A DNA stretch of 64,000 bases from Octopus bimaculoides (Eukaryota), in NCBI RefSeq assembly GCF_001194135.2, contig NC_068991.1, forward strand, positions 54,095,631 to 54,159,630, read 5' to 3'. The position numbers and the translations under genes are program-made. The notes under the pieces are model-generated. The model was not told the DNA's origin. It was given only the letters and a program-made list of their open reading frames with translations, and did not search any database. Positions 23,833 through 36,489 of this stretch are shown in pieces. How positions within the stretch are numbered: the stretch's first letter is position 1; each line of letters opens with the position of its first letter.

Positions 23833-23901
23833 GAAATTGAAGCAGATAAAAGACAAGCAGAAAAGATGGTCAAACCAACATCCCCAAAGAAAGAAATCAA
23901 G
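23833..23901 (+). CDS. CCDC9: CCDC9-like exon: EIEADKRQAEKMVKPTSPKKEIK
   Basis: ttctatttcAG acceptor, 69 nt phase 0-0, donor GTCAGC. EIEADK continues the CCDC9 motif (human EIEEDRK). Confidence 0.92.
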
Positions 23902-24856
23902 GTCAGCTAGCATTTTCATTTTTTTAAAGGACTTTTAAAACCTAATTTATATAAAACTGACTTCTAAATCACATATTTAGTGTTAGGAATATGATTACTG
24001 TATTTAAGGTGGCATGCTGGCAGAATCATTAGCAGGCCAGGCAAAATACTTAGTGGCATTTTGTCTGTCTTTACATTCTGGGTTCAAATTCTGTCCAAGT
24101 CAACTTTGGCTTTCATCTTTTTGGGATTGGTAAAATAAGTATCTGTTATGCACTGGGGTCCATGTAATCAACTTACAGCCTCCCTCGAATTTGCTGGCCT
24201 TGTGCCAAAATTTGAAACTGATATTATCACTGTATTTGATGGCATATAAAACACACTTTTATTTTCAAAAGAATGTTTCAAAAAGAATCATCCTGGGTTC
24301 TCTATGCAAAATTGGACTTCCCATAAGCTAATTCTGTCCCTGGTTCTCACTGCTATTGGGTAATTTTAATCCAGATGGTTAAATCTGCATAGCCTAACTT
24401 AATAATACATTTAACTGTACTGTTTACTTTTTATAGCCAATAATCTTTTCTGCTATAGCTAAGGCTCCTTTGTAATATTTTGTAATGTACTGCTTGATTA
24501 CCTTAAATATTACATGCTTTAATACACTAAAATCTTTTTCCCTGAATATGTGCTACTAAAATTGGAGTGCATCTAATATGCTCATGTGTCTTTTATGCCA
24601 CCAAATACAGTAATTTTCTGTTAAACATATTTTGTTATCTGTCCAGTGTTGCTATTTTAAAAATGCTATGACTATCTTAACCATGAACTGTGTGAAGTTT
24701 TTGAGTTTATTGGTTTAATTCTGTCTCCATATAAATTCTTATACTAGAGAGAACAAAGAAATTACTCAAGGAAAAGTATATTGGTATTTTATAAAGGTAT
24801 TGTTTTATATAATCATATGTAGTGTATATAAAATGTTAAATTTATTTTTATTTCAG

Positions 24857-24946
24857 AGTGTGGATTTCAAACCTGTGAAAAAGGAAGAATTTCATCGCCA
24901 TTCTGGCTCTGACTTTGATTATCTAAAATTACGGACTGACATGGAG
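24857..24946 (+). CDS. CCDC9: CCDC9-like exon: SVDFKPVKKEEFHRHSGSDFDYLKLRTDME
   Basis: tttattttttatttcAG acceptor, 90 nt phase 0-0, donor GTGAAT. Confidence 0.85.
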
Positions 24947-25094
24947 GTGAATATATTTTTGTTTGTTTTCATGACAAAAATATGCAATAGGAATATATTC
25001 TAGTCAATGACAGTTATTAAATACTGTTGTCATTGACAAAATTGCAGGCAAAACACAAATGAATATTTTTATTTCTTCTTTTATTCTGTCCTGC

Positions 25095-25565
25095 TCTTTA
25101 ACTGTGAGACTGGGACACTGTCCAGGGCCTTCAGGAGCTGCCTGAACTTCTTTGGTACCAGGGTGCTACGCAGAATTATAGGTTACCTTTGGTCAGATTT
25201 CATATCCATCCAACAACTCTACTCGGAAACTTGGATGCGTCCTGTTACTTGTATGATGCTGGAGTGCCAGCTCAGGTTGTTTGGCCATGTTACTCTACTA
25301 TCCGAATTAGACCTTGCTTACCATGTCCTCTTCACTGAGGATTTTGCTGGGTTGATATCTTATGTGGGTCAACCACATACCACATGGTCACAGTAGATGA
25401 AAAGGTATCTTGCGAAGATGGGGACTGACTGGGACTCTGCTTAATGGGTCACCTGGGAGAACCATTACAAGACATGAAAGAGACTTGGGAATATACCAAC
25501 AAATGGTGAATGCAGCAACACGCTGTAATGGCACAAGCCCCCACCTCTGACCTGACCTGATCTTT
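25095..25565 (+). mobile_element. RTE (Rex3/Expander-like) LINE 3' fragment, a different family
   Basis: ORF 25163-25396 LRRIIGYLWSDF...QLRLFGHV...GQPHTTW; ends in a (CTGAC)n tail. Confidence 0.8.
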
Positions 25566-27474
25566 TATTATGTAGAGGAAGTGAGGAAATGTTTCGATAA
25601 TGCCATGCCTGAAGGTAAACATCTTTCTTCTATGATAAGAGGAATTTGGGAAGGGTAAGTTGAGGTATTAGGAACAACTGTGTAAATAAGAATGAGTCAT
25701 CCCAATGAAAGCAAGTATAGAAATAGTGGACAACTTATTAACATCCATTTTCCATGCTGGCCTGGGTTGGACAGTTTGACAGGAGCTGGCAAGCCAAAGG
25801 ACTGCACCAAACACCAGTGTCTGCACCAAGCACCAGTGTCTGCTTTTGGCATGGTTTCTATGGCTGTATGCCCTTCCTAATGCCAACTACTTTACAGAGT
25901 GTACAGGGTGCTTTTTATGTGGCATGACCTCTTAATTGAGGGGTTGTCATATAGAGGGAGTTGGCTTATGCCAGGTGACAAGGGGTTAAACTATGATAGA
26001 AAGAGAGAGAGAGATAAGTACAGGTGTCTTGTTGTAGGAGAGATACATGGTTTCTCCAGTTGGAAAAGAAAGAAAATGGAGGTGAAGATGTGTCAGGGCT
26101 TATACTTAAGTTACAGGAAGGTGAATGTAAGAAAAGTAGTGAAAGAGGATGGTGGTGAAGATGTCTCAGGGCATAATGAAAATAATTCATACTAAATGCA
26201 ATGCTTTATACAGATGCAAAGTGCAATATTAAAATAGCAATTAATGCAAAGCATAACATCTCATCATCATTTTAACATCCATTTTTCCATACTCATTTGG
26301 CTCAAGACAAAATTGATTGAGGCAGATTTTCAAGGGCCAGATGCCCTTCTTGTCATCAATCCTCACTTGTTTGCAAAGAAGGTAGTATTTCACCACTGGC
26401 TGGACATCATCATCATTTAGTGCCTGCTTTCCCTGCTAGCATGGGTTAGATGGCTTGACTGAAACTGGTAAACTGGAGAGCTGCAGCAAGTTCCAGTCTG
26501 ATTTGGCATGGTATCTATGGCTGGATGCCCTTCCTAATGCCAACCACTCCAAGAGTGTAATNNNNNNNNNNNNNNNNNNNNNNNNNNNNNNNNNNNNNNN
26601 NNNNNNNNNNNNNNNNNNNNNNNNNNNNNNNNNNNNNNNNNNNNNNNNNNNNNNNNNNNNNCTGCAGAAATTGACGAAATTCGCCTACCTACGTTGTTCC
26701 TTTGATTGAATTTACTAGAACCCTTGTCATTGTAACTGACAGAGTGTCAGCATTGAATAATATACATGTATTTGAGTTTAGTCCGGTGTTGGGCTGTTTC
26801 TAAAACTTGATTGTTTTTTTTTTTTAGTGATGATTTGTACCTTTTAAAAATTTATTTAATGGTTTGGTTTTCTTAAGAGATAGCTTCAGTTAACTCTGCT
26901 GGAGTAAAGCCTATTAATGGTAATAGTAATCAATTTTCGTGTAGACAATTAACCTGAGATCAAGAACACAAAGCAAGATATTAATTTTGTAATCTGCATA
27001 ATGACAAATGTTAATCAATATGCTTCATTGTGTGAAGGAATAGAGCAATGAAAGCAGATTTCATACACTTTGGCCATGAGTCATGTTCCAGGAGATCTTA
27101 GTTGTGATTGCAGTAAAATTCATGGAGATTTTTATTGGTAATGTTTTGAAATAATATACTGAAGAAGTTGTGAATTTAGCCCAGAAACTAAACTAAGTTT
27201 TAAACAGTGGTTGATGTTTTGTATTTAATCTTGGTGAGCTGGCAGAATTGCGAGCATGATCTTGTATCTTTTACTTGTTTCAGTCCTGAGTCTGCAGCCA
27301 TGCTGGGGCACTGCCTTGAAGAATTTTTAGTCAAATGGTTCAACGCCCCCAGTACTTTTTTTTTTTAAACCTGGTACTTATGCTGTCATTCTCTATTGCC
27401 AAACCACTAAGTTATGGGGACGAAAACACACCAACACCAGTTGTTACAGACACAAAGACACATATGTATGTATG

Positions 27475-27479
<5 letters not shown>

Positions 27480-27561
<82 letters not shown>
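27480..27561. repeat. (TA)n microsatellite inside a family-B SINE. Other long microsatellites: (CAT/ATT)n 1225-1307, (GA)/(CA)n 17861-17940, (CA)n 18910-18962, (CT)n 19143-19225, (T)n 22817-22856, (CT)n 63147-63186, (TA)n 63740-64000
   Basis: Direct reading. Confidence 0.95.
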
Positions 27562-27566
<5 letters not shown>

Positions 27567-28350
27567 GCTTCTATCAGTTTCTGTCTACCAAATCCACTCA
27601 GAAGGGCTTTGGTTGGCCCAAAGCTACAATAGAAGATATTTGGCCATGGTGCCACACATTGGAACTGAACCCAGAACATGTGGTTTGGAAGCAAGCTTCT
27701 TAGCACACCACCATGCCTGATGGCCAAAATACTTAGTGGCATTTCTTCCAGCTCTTAACATTCTGTGTTAAAAGCTTCCCTAGATCAGCTTTGCCATTCA
27801 TTGTTTTGGGGTGGATAAAATAAAGTACCAGTCATGCACTGAGACTGATGTAATCAACAGAACCCTCTCTCACTAACATTGCTGGCTTTATGTCGAAATT
27901 TGAAAGAATGTTGGTTTTGTGAAAATGTTTTTTGCTTATTGAATCTAGGGTTGTATATACTCTTTGTTATATATGAAGGCTTGTGGCCTATTGGCTAGGG
28001 TGTTGCACTCATGAGTGTCAAATCATGGGCTTGATTTCTGGACTGGGCAGCATGTTGTGTTCTTGAGCAAAACACTTCATTTCACATTACTCTAGTGCTG
28101 TGTGGGGGACTGGCATGTCAAAGAATAGACCCCACATTTCCTCTGCATGTCGTAAACGGCAACTAAAAGAGGTTGAGCTAGGATTTGCACTCCGACCTCA
28201 TAAAGCCCTCGCCAACAATGACTACCCAAAGAGACCCATGGGTTGGAGTGTAGTCACCTGAGTGGCAGAAAGGTGTCATCCATCAGGAGTAGTAGGGAAT
28301 AACCAACAAATGGTGAGTGCAGCGACATATTGTTACAGTGTATACCTCCA

Positions 28351-28385
<35 letters not shown>

Positions 28386-28564
28386 TATGTAGGGTTTATC
28401 TACTCTTTATTGTTTTTTTTAAATTTTATAAAGGGGTTTCTCTAAGTATAAATAGTACTATTTATACTTATAAATAGTATTATTTCAGTTTAGTGTTATT
28501 ATTTATTAATTTATTAATTTATTTTGTATTTTTTCCTTGTTATTTTCTTTTTCATTTTGTTTAG

Positions 28565-28618
28565 ATGACCCCTACTGTTGACAGCTTGATATTACCAGAT
28601 TTGAAGTTTTATTCCAAA
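28565..28618 (+). CDS. CCDC9: Candidate cassette exon: MTPTVDSLILPDLKFYSK
   Basis: Strong pyrimidine tract + ttAG (28563-64), 54 nt stop-free in phase 0, donor GTATAT. No homology support available. Confidence 0.55.
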
Positions 28619-29399
28619 GTATATATTTTTTTAATGGATTGAAGCATTCTTTTTTTTTTTTTTTCCTTTTAATCTTTTATCTTTATTTGAAACTTTAAAC
28701 TGCTAACCTTCACAATTGCTATAGCTGCCCACTGTTTTGCTTTTTTTGATTCTCTAAAACTTCTTAAAAATACATTTTCATTTATATATCAGTAACCAAA
28801 CACCGGGAGCAGGTGTTAGTTTTAAATCTCTGTTCCAGTTATTCCTCGTCTTTTATACAAAGTATCTCTTCATCCCTACATACTCAGTAAAGTGTTATGT
28901 TTTCTCAATACTGGTCATAAGCACTTTGTACTGATCTTAATGTATGCCACACAAATATAAGAGATGATGAAAAAGAAGGGCTCATACAAAAGGGATTAGA
29001 TTATATTGGAATTTTAACTCCTTAACCATGACTTCAAACATTTCCCTTTCTGTCTTGGTATACCTAGACATTTATTTTAATATATGATGCTGTAGCCTCT
29101 GTACAAGTTTCATGCAGTGTTGTGCTTAGCTTCAGTTTTTGATTGCAAGAAAACTGTCCAACAAAATAATTTTTCATTTTTTTTTAAAGATTAGGATAAT
29201 TAAAAGAATGTAGGAAGCAAGTTTCAGCTAACAGAAGTAAAATGACATGTTCCATGGAGCAGGGGTAGTTTATTGCATGAATGAATGGTTTACATTAGGG
29301 TTCCATACAAAGGGAGGATAGTATATTTTGAGAATGTGTGGTTTGAATTAAGGTTTCTTAAGGCTATATTTTTGTGGTTAAAAAACTTCATAGTGTGTT

Positions 29400-30790
29400 G
29401 AGTTTAGTGTTTATTGAGAAGAAACTGTATGAAACAAAAGGCTAAGTGTTATCAGTGTGTTTGATTGGAGGTGGAGTACATTTGTAAATTGTGTAAATCA
29501 TCTTTGAGCAATCAAGGAGAGGCAAAGAAAAATGAAGAACACCAATGAACCAAAAGTTGAAAAAAATCCAGTAAAGCTTGAATAAGAAAAAAATCCAGTA
29601 AAGCTTGAATAAGATAAGATCCAGTAAAGCTTGAATAAAATGGCTCAAGTTGCAGCAAATGTGAGATAAATACTCCATTGTGAGTCCTATTAGAATGTTT
29701 TAGACTCTGAAATGCTGTTTCTGGCATAAGTAATCCTTAGTTATCAAAATATTTGATTTGTAGTGATGTGATTGAAAAAGATAAGTGATTTGAGTAGTTA
29801 TGTTAGTTGTAGATAAACTTTATCCATCCTTCATTCTTAATACTGTCCCTCTCCACTCATATTTTACATTGACCACCTTTCTGTACCACCAAATTTTCTC
29901 TCTTTCTCTACCACCATACATCTTCCACTCTCTCCATGTACTACACCTTCCTTTCCCCTTACGCTCTTGCCATCTAACCAACCACATATCATGTCGCTTT
30001 CTCGCATCTTTCCTCTGTCTACTGTATCATTATTATCATCCTGTTGATCTTCACCCCTTTCTGTACTGTTTGTCATCTCCTACTCACCCTTACCTCCCCC
30101 AGCTTATATGTATCATTGATCACCCTTTTCCTCTCCTTACTACCTCCATCTCTCAACCATATCCAGTCTTTACAATCATCACCTATTCCTCCCTCCAACT
30201 ATATTCATTATCTCTCAACACTTGTTTTTCATTCATTGTATTTGCTCCCATTCCCCATCACTCACTATCTCTCACTCTTGCCATACATTATTGCAACCTC
30301 TATCTATCCAACACACCCCCTGTTCTTCTGTACCCTCTGACTTCTACTCACCCTGACACTTCATCACCACTATTTTATCTCTTTTTCCAGCTCCATTCCA
30401 ATTACTCCCACTCTTGTATACTTTGAGTTCTCATGTAGCTCCACTACAGCAGGAAATCTTTTCTGTTCCCTTCTCTCATAATTTAACACCTCATTTCCTA
30501 GTATAAAGCCCCCTCCTTCTCCACTATAGTCAAGCTCAGTCAAAGGGGGGTCTTAGTCTTGCAACCTGCATGGTGACCTCACTTGTGCTGGTGCCATGAA
30601 AAAAATAGCAACCAGCACACTGTAAAGTGGTTGGTGTTAGATGGGGTATCAAACCATAGAAACTATGCCAAAACTGACATTCAAACTCAATGCAGACTTC
30701 GGTCCTGCTTGATCCTGTCAAAGTATCCAATCCATGCCAGCATGAAGGAAGGTTTTTAAAAGATGACAACAATGATGATGATGATGGGTA
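29400..30790 (+). mobile_element. Degenerate Penelope-like (GIY-YIG-like remnant) 3' region, pyrimidine-rich UTR and RTE-type terminal module
   Basis: Remnants VEYICKLCKS...NEEH and KLYPSFILN resemble GIY-YIG spacing; terminal module 30560-30790 with (ATG)n tail. Confidence 0.45.
29566..29640. repeat. Three copies of ATCCAGTAAAGCTTGAATAA
   Basis: Direct reading, with short spacers between copies. Confidence 0.9.
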
Positions 30791-31740
30791 CAGAATAATG
30801 AGTTATTTTGTATGTATGAGTACAGAGTTAGTGATAAATTACTTTTACAGTTAACTCAGTTTTCCAATTGATTATTTTCTTATTTCGTAAGCTTTTAACT
30901 ATTGTATAATGTTTATTAACCTGTTTTCAAGCCTTACAACTTTTCTGCTTCTGAATGACTTGGTTATTTTTTTGTACTTGCAATTTTAGTTGGTGCAGTT
31001 TAGTATCCCCTCCAATCGCCCACCCTACACATTGATAAGAGTTACTAAATAGGGAACAATCTTCAATAGATTGATGGGGATTCTCTTCTTTGTTTAACTG
31101 TCTGAAATAGTGTTATTTGGGTGGGCTTACCTGCTGTTAGAGCAGTAGTTTCCACTTACAATGCTTGCTGTTGTTGCAGTTTATGCATCTAGAAGAGTTG
31201 CTAGCTGAAGATCTTGGGCCTAGATTTCATTGCTAAGTGTCACCAGTTCATCTTCAGCTTGATATCTAAGTGTTGTATGCTTATAATTTCCATAGTTTGG
31301 ATTAAATACACCCTCATGTTCAATGAATGTCTCTTGTTGATGCAATTGCTTTGCAGTGAAAATAGTTTGAGCTGAAGTTTTGAAGTTTGTCTTTGTATTA
31401 TTGCAGTCTTTTCATACATAGGTGTGTAACTAGATCATTAAATCCATACCATGCTTTCACAGAGGTATTTCAGTGGCCATCAACATCAGCAGTCTTTACT
31501 CACTGCAAAGTACAGACATCACATCAGCAAGGTTTGATAATGGCTTGTCCTGCTGATTTCATATGTAATATGTTCCCTGAACATCTTGTTGCCACTTCTT
31601 TTCTTTTCATTCAGTGACGACTTATGATATCTGTACAGATACTTTCTTGAAACACAGGTATGGATTTAATAGTCTAGTTAACTGCTTATGTGAGTGTGTG
31701 TATGTACACACACACACACACAGACATACACACACACACA

Positions 31741-32803
31741 CTGGATGCAAGAGGTATTTGAGGACATATTTGATAATTTAATAAATCTACTCTAATCTAG
31801 CAAAAACAAAATAAAATTTGGGAACATGTTCTCAATAAGTCTTCTTTTTTTTTTTAAAAAGATTATTCTATGAATATGTCTGCACTAAGTGATCTTAATT
31901 CATTTAGGGCATCACCTGGACAATGACAGTCTTCAGTGAAGCTATAGTATTGTGAAGATGTTGATTAGTCTCCTTTTCAACAATGCTCCAAATGTAATTG
32001 TCTATGGGATTTAAATCTGGTAAGTTTGGAAGCCACAAATTTGGTGTTACATGATCATAAAGATTGTGTGACATCTATTCTTAGGTTATGTGAGCTTTGT
32101 GAGAAGGTACTGAGTGTTGTTGAAACACATATGGCTTTTAATGCCATACTTCATCCATTGAAGGCTTAGCAATAGCATTAATTCTAAGACCTTGTGGAAA
32201 GATTTGAGGTAGCATGACATGATACACCACTCCTAAAACCATCTCAGTTACTGGAAACTTAGTGTGCATCACTCTGGGGACATCAAAAGAACTGCACAGA
32301 ACCATCTGGTCTTTGTTAAAGTTTTTCTCATCATGAAGGTTTTTAAACTTCAGTTACTGCTTGGCACAGATCAAATATTTTTTTTTTCTGAGTCTTTGCA
32401 GACAGGAATTGGCCTCTCCTCAGTATATACAACTTAGTGGGCCTCATTGATTTTTCCGGAATCATTATTGATATTGTTTTGAACCTGTTGGATGAATTGT
32501 GGTGTCTTTATTATGTTTAAACACTTAGAAAGTTTCTCTTTGATACAGTTGAAACATTGCTGCCAAAAGCTTCCAGTTCCATCCCAACTTTTATGTACTG
32601 GTCATGCCCAATTTAGAAAGTTGGCAGTTTCTAAATTGTTGTGTTCCATACATAGTGCAACAATGATTTCAGGCTGCATGTCTTTCCATTTCTTGTGTTA
32701 GCATTCTATCTGCCATAAGGGATCTGAAACATTATAAAGCTTTTAATTTGTTTGAAGAGAACATTAAATGGTAATTGTCCTCAAATACCTATCACAACCT
32801 CTG
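31741..32803 (-). mobile_element. Degenerate Tc1/mariner superfamily element, maT/DD37D-like
   Basis: Imperfect TIRs (GAGGTATTTGAGGACA 31751-66 / TGTCCTCAAATACCT 32776-90). Minus-strand remnants VMHTKFP, VFQQHSVPSHKA, LPDLNPIDNYIWSIVEKETN. Confidence 0.7.
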
Positions 32804-34809
32804 TGTGTGTGTGTGTGTGTGTATGTATATATGTACATACTTGTAGTTGAGATATCAGGGTTATTAAATATTTCAATGCAAAAAGTCTATTTGTTTGTAT
32901 TTATATTTGATTTATTCCCAACTACGTTGCTGTGGCTTTCTAATTACTGTTTTACACACATACACACATTATTTGCTTTACAGATATTTATTTTAATATT
33001 TTAAACATGTAGTTTTGCTGTGGAGTGTAACTTTAGAATCATATGCCAGTTCGTGGCATTACAAGTTGTGCATTGAACTATCTGTACGGGTTTGAGCTTA
33101 CATGAGGTCTTGATAGAGTTTGCTATTATGATATACAGAAAAAACAGCCAAAGTATATTTGCTAAAAGTACCTTAACCCATACAGGGTTACATAGTCATA
33201 TTAGTTTGACACCTGATAAGAAATTTCATTTGTTATGAAGTGTAAATATGTTGCACTGACCTCTTATACATGTGGTGATAACCAAAAGGAAAGTGCTATA
33301 TTATTTTATGTCTGATGTACTATACTTTCTGGAAGGCTGACTATAAGTTTAGAACTTGACCACTCACACAGTCAGGTTTTCCATATAATGTGTGTGTGAG
33401 TTCCCTTAGTTGATGCCATGTTTCATGTGGGTTGTTTCTATATTTGTATTGCTTTCATATTGTGATTAATTGATTCTGAGGAAACAGCAATATGATGTTA
33501 GGATCTTGGGGGAAAGCATGCTCAATGCTAACCTAGTAGTAGATCTTGTAAGAAAACCTTATAGAGTGCATGCATGTGTAGTTTATATAGCTGGTAAGGC
33601 ATGTCTTAGTATTACAATGATTTGTAGCCATACTGGTGTTTTGAGTCTTCTTGCAGATCTGCCGAGGTGGAATTGTTTCTGCATATGTCTAAGGTTCTCT
33701 TTCAATGTGTGGTTGAAGTGAAGCAAACCCCTATTCAACAAATATGGAGCATCACATGTTTTGTCTTAAAGTATTTTCTTAGTGTAGGTGTGGCTGTGCA
33801 GTTAAAAAGCTTGATTCCCAACCATGTGATCTTGAGTTCAGTCCCACTGCATGGCATCTTGGGCAAGTGTCTTCTACTATAGCCGTACGCTGAGTAAAGC
33901 CTTTTAAGTGAATTTGGTGGATGGGAACTGAAAGAATCTCATTGTCTATGTGTGTGTGTATGTGTATGTGTGTAAGAAAGCATGTGTTTGCGATTACTGT
34001 TGTCTCAGCATCATGTGATGGTAAAGAAACATCATCATTATACAGGTGACATTGTTCGCTATTATGGAAATAGGTGAGGGTCGGTGACAAGAAGAGCATC
34101 TGGTTGTAGAGAATCTGCCTGAACCTTGCAAACATGGAAAGGTGGAGCTACCCCAGCCTCTTCTCCCATACCTTAACCTCCGTCTTAAGGATGAACCCTC
34201 CCTCCTTGGGTATTGCAGACTTGTGAGCTGCATGGTGATCTCACTGGTGCTAGAGATACAAAAAACACACCCAAACCATGCTGGAAACTGGTTGGCATTA
34301 GTAAAGGGCATCCAGCTTTAGAAACCTTGCCAAAGCAGATGCTGGAGTATGATGTAGTCTTTAGGCTCATCAGTTATTGTCAAACAGTCCAACCTATGTC
34401 AGCATGGAAATTTAGGCATTAAATAACGGCAGTTATGTGGCTTACTTACTAATCTTTGATTTTAAAGTTTTTGCTTAAATCCATTTTGTACTTGGCAAGG
34501 CTGCTGTAGTTCTTAACCTTATCAAGTTATGATAAGACCATTAATGTCTCCTGTATACTACTTGTGCTTCCGCTCTTTTTAGCACCACAATACAATCACC
34601 TTGTAGCATCTTGTTTCGTTTTTGCCACTGACCAAGTGAACATTCCAACTACCTGAAATAGCTTTAAGTCTGTTTGCCAAGTAATTCAGTATTAAGAGAT
34701 ATTCTACTTTTATGATTGGTCCATGGTAGGTAGATAAAGGAGTAATTGTTCGTGATTGATTATTGATGTAGAGTACTGGTGAGTTGGCTGGTAAAGCAAT
34801 TTGATGTTA

Positions 34810-35027
34810 AATATGCATCTTTTATTTTATATTTATTACTTGTTTCAGTCATTAGACTGTGGCCATGTTGGGGCACTGCCTTGAAGAAATTTTAGTTGAA
34901 TGAATCAACCCCAGTACTTATATGTTTTTAAGCCTGGCACTTATTCTGTCAGTCTCTTTTGCCAACTGCTAAGTTACTGAGACGTAAACAAACCAACACC
35001 AGTTATCAAGTGGTGGTGGAGGACAGA

Positions 35028-35062
<35 letters not shown>

Positions 35063-35225
35063 CGGGCTTCTTTCAGTTTCTATTTGCTAAATCCACTCAA
35101 GGCTTTGATCATCCTGAGGCTAAAGTAGAAGACATTTGCCCAAGGTGCTATGCAGTGGGACTGAACCTGGAACCATGTAGGTTGGGAAGCAAACTTCTTA
35201 CCACACAGCCACGCCTCTGCCTATG
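34810..35225 (-). mobile_element. Family-B SINE with internal (CA)n. Other copies ~1-230(+), 7405-7775(-), 20740-21110(-), 21415-21870(-), 22215-22500(-), 27265-27715(-), 42835-43470(+), 46200-46620(-), 57790-57960(+), 58095-58485(-)
   Basis: Head GCGTGGCTGTGTGGTAAGAAG..GGTTCAGTCCC..CCTTGGGCAA(G/A)TGTCTTCTAC; tail ..GTGCCCCAGCATGGCC..GACTGAAACAAGTAA. Confidence 0.85.
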
Positions 35226-35798
35226 GTAAAATTCTTATCTAAAGTTTCTGCGAGTTAAAAAGAAAGCTTCTTAGTCAGACTTAGACAACCATCTTATTCT
35301 TAAGTCACTGAATGCTATATCCAGCAGAGCTGAGAAAGTGCAAGGGCCTCTCCTTTTTCAGTATTGTTTAAAAAAACAAAATGTGAGACTTTGCCCCATT
35401 GAATAGACGCTGCTATGCTCTATGAATAGTTAGATGGGAGGATCCTGTCAATTTACTCTAGCTTTTCTTGGCTTGGAAATAAGTATGTGAATGGAAGACA
35501 GAATTGAAATGACAGTTCACCTGAAGATGAAATATTTTACAGCAAATAAGGAAAATGAAATACAATGGACCTCTTTCTACAAGTGTACTCTGACAATACT
35601 GTTAAACAATTGAAGGGCAATTTCATCTAGACTACTATTATAGCTCCGGGACCCAACCAAAACCTTCTGAATGGATTTGGTTGACACAAACTGAAAGTAG
35701 CCCATCATACATAGGTGTGTGTGTGTCTAAATATATATATGTGTGTGTGTAATATGTATGTATGTATTTTTGTCTATATATATATGTATGGATACATT

Positions 35799-35832
<34 letters not shown>

Positions 35833-36385
35833 CCTATATATTAACACATGTATGTATATCCTTCTTCTGTCATCATGTGATAGTTGTAAACATGCTTCAC
35901 CTTTGTTTCCAATATTCTGTGGAAACATGTCCATCCATGGGGAAATATTACCTTACTTGGAAACAGGTAAGGGTTGGCAACAGGAAGACATCCAGGGATA
36001 AAAAATTTGCCTAGCCCAAGTCAGCATGGAAAAGTGGACATTAAAATGACGATGATGATGAGATATAATATTTATGCATGCACACAAACTTAGACGTGTG
36101 TGTGTGTAGATGTACATATACGTATATATCTACAGTTTGAAACTTTAAGTAATGAGTTATGAATCAATGTCAATACTAATAAATATAAACTATATGGAAT
36201 GTGTTCAGTTGTTTTGTACACCTGTCTGTCTATCTATCTATTTATCTATATTATTATTGTTATTATACTTAGGCATAGCTACACTAATAACCTGGTGCTG
36301 GAACTCTGCATATGCTTCAGAGCAAAGCGTTAGTTGAGTACAGAGCAGTAATAAGAAATTAGAATGATAAGGAATAAGAAAATTC

Positions 36386-36489
36386 AACTTCGTTTACAAA
36401 GCTCTGATGAAGCTACAGGGTGATACACAAGCATTCAACAGTGAGTGCATTGCATCTTGTAGCAGAAACAGCTGTAAGCTAATGAAGTT
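36386..36489 (+). ncRNA. Type I hammerhead ribozyme-like fold (intronic, sense to CCDC9 pre-mRNA)
   Basis: CTGATGA 36404-10; helix II GCTACAGGGTG/CATCTTGTAGC; GAAA 36465-68; helix III palindrome ACAGCTGT; GTA cleavage triplet 36474-76; helix I AGCT/AGCT plus AACTTCGTT/AATGAAGTT. Confidence 0.75.

Noticed and set aside
30950-31650. Possible degraded transposase or integrase coding remnants (also 42460-42780 and 59560-60000)
   Set aside because: Composition suggests old coding TE sequence, but the motifs are too eroded to assign without an HMM search.
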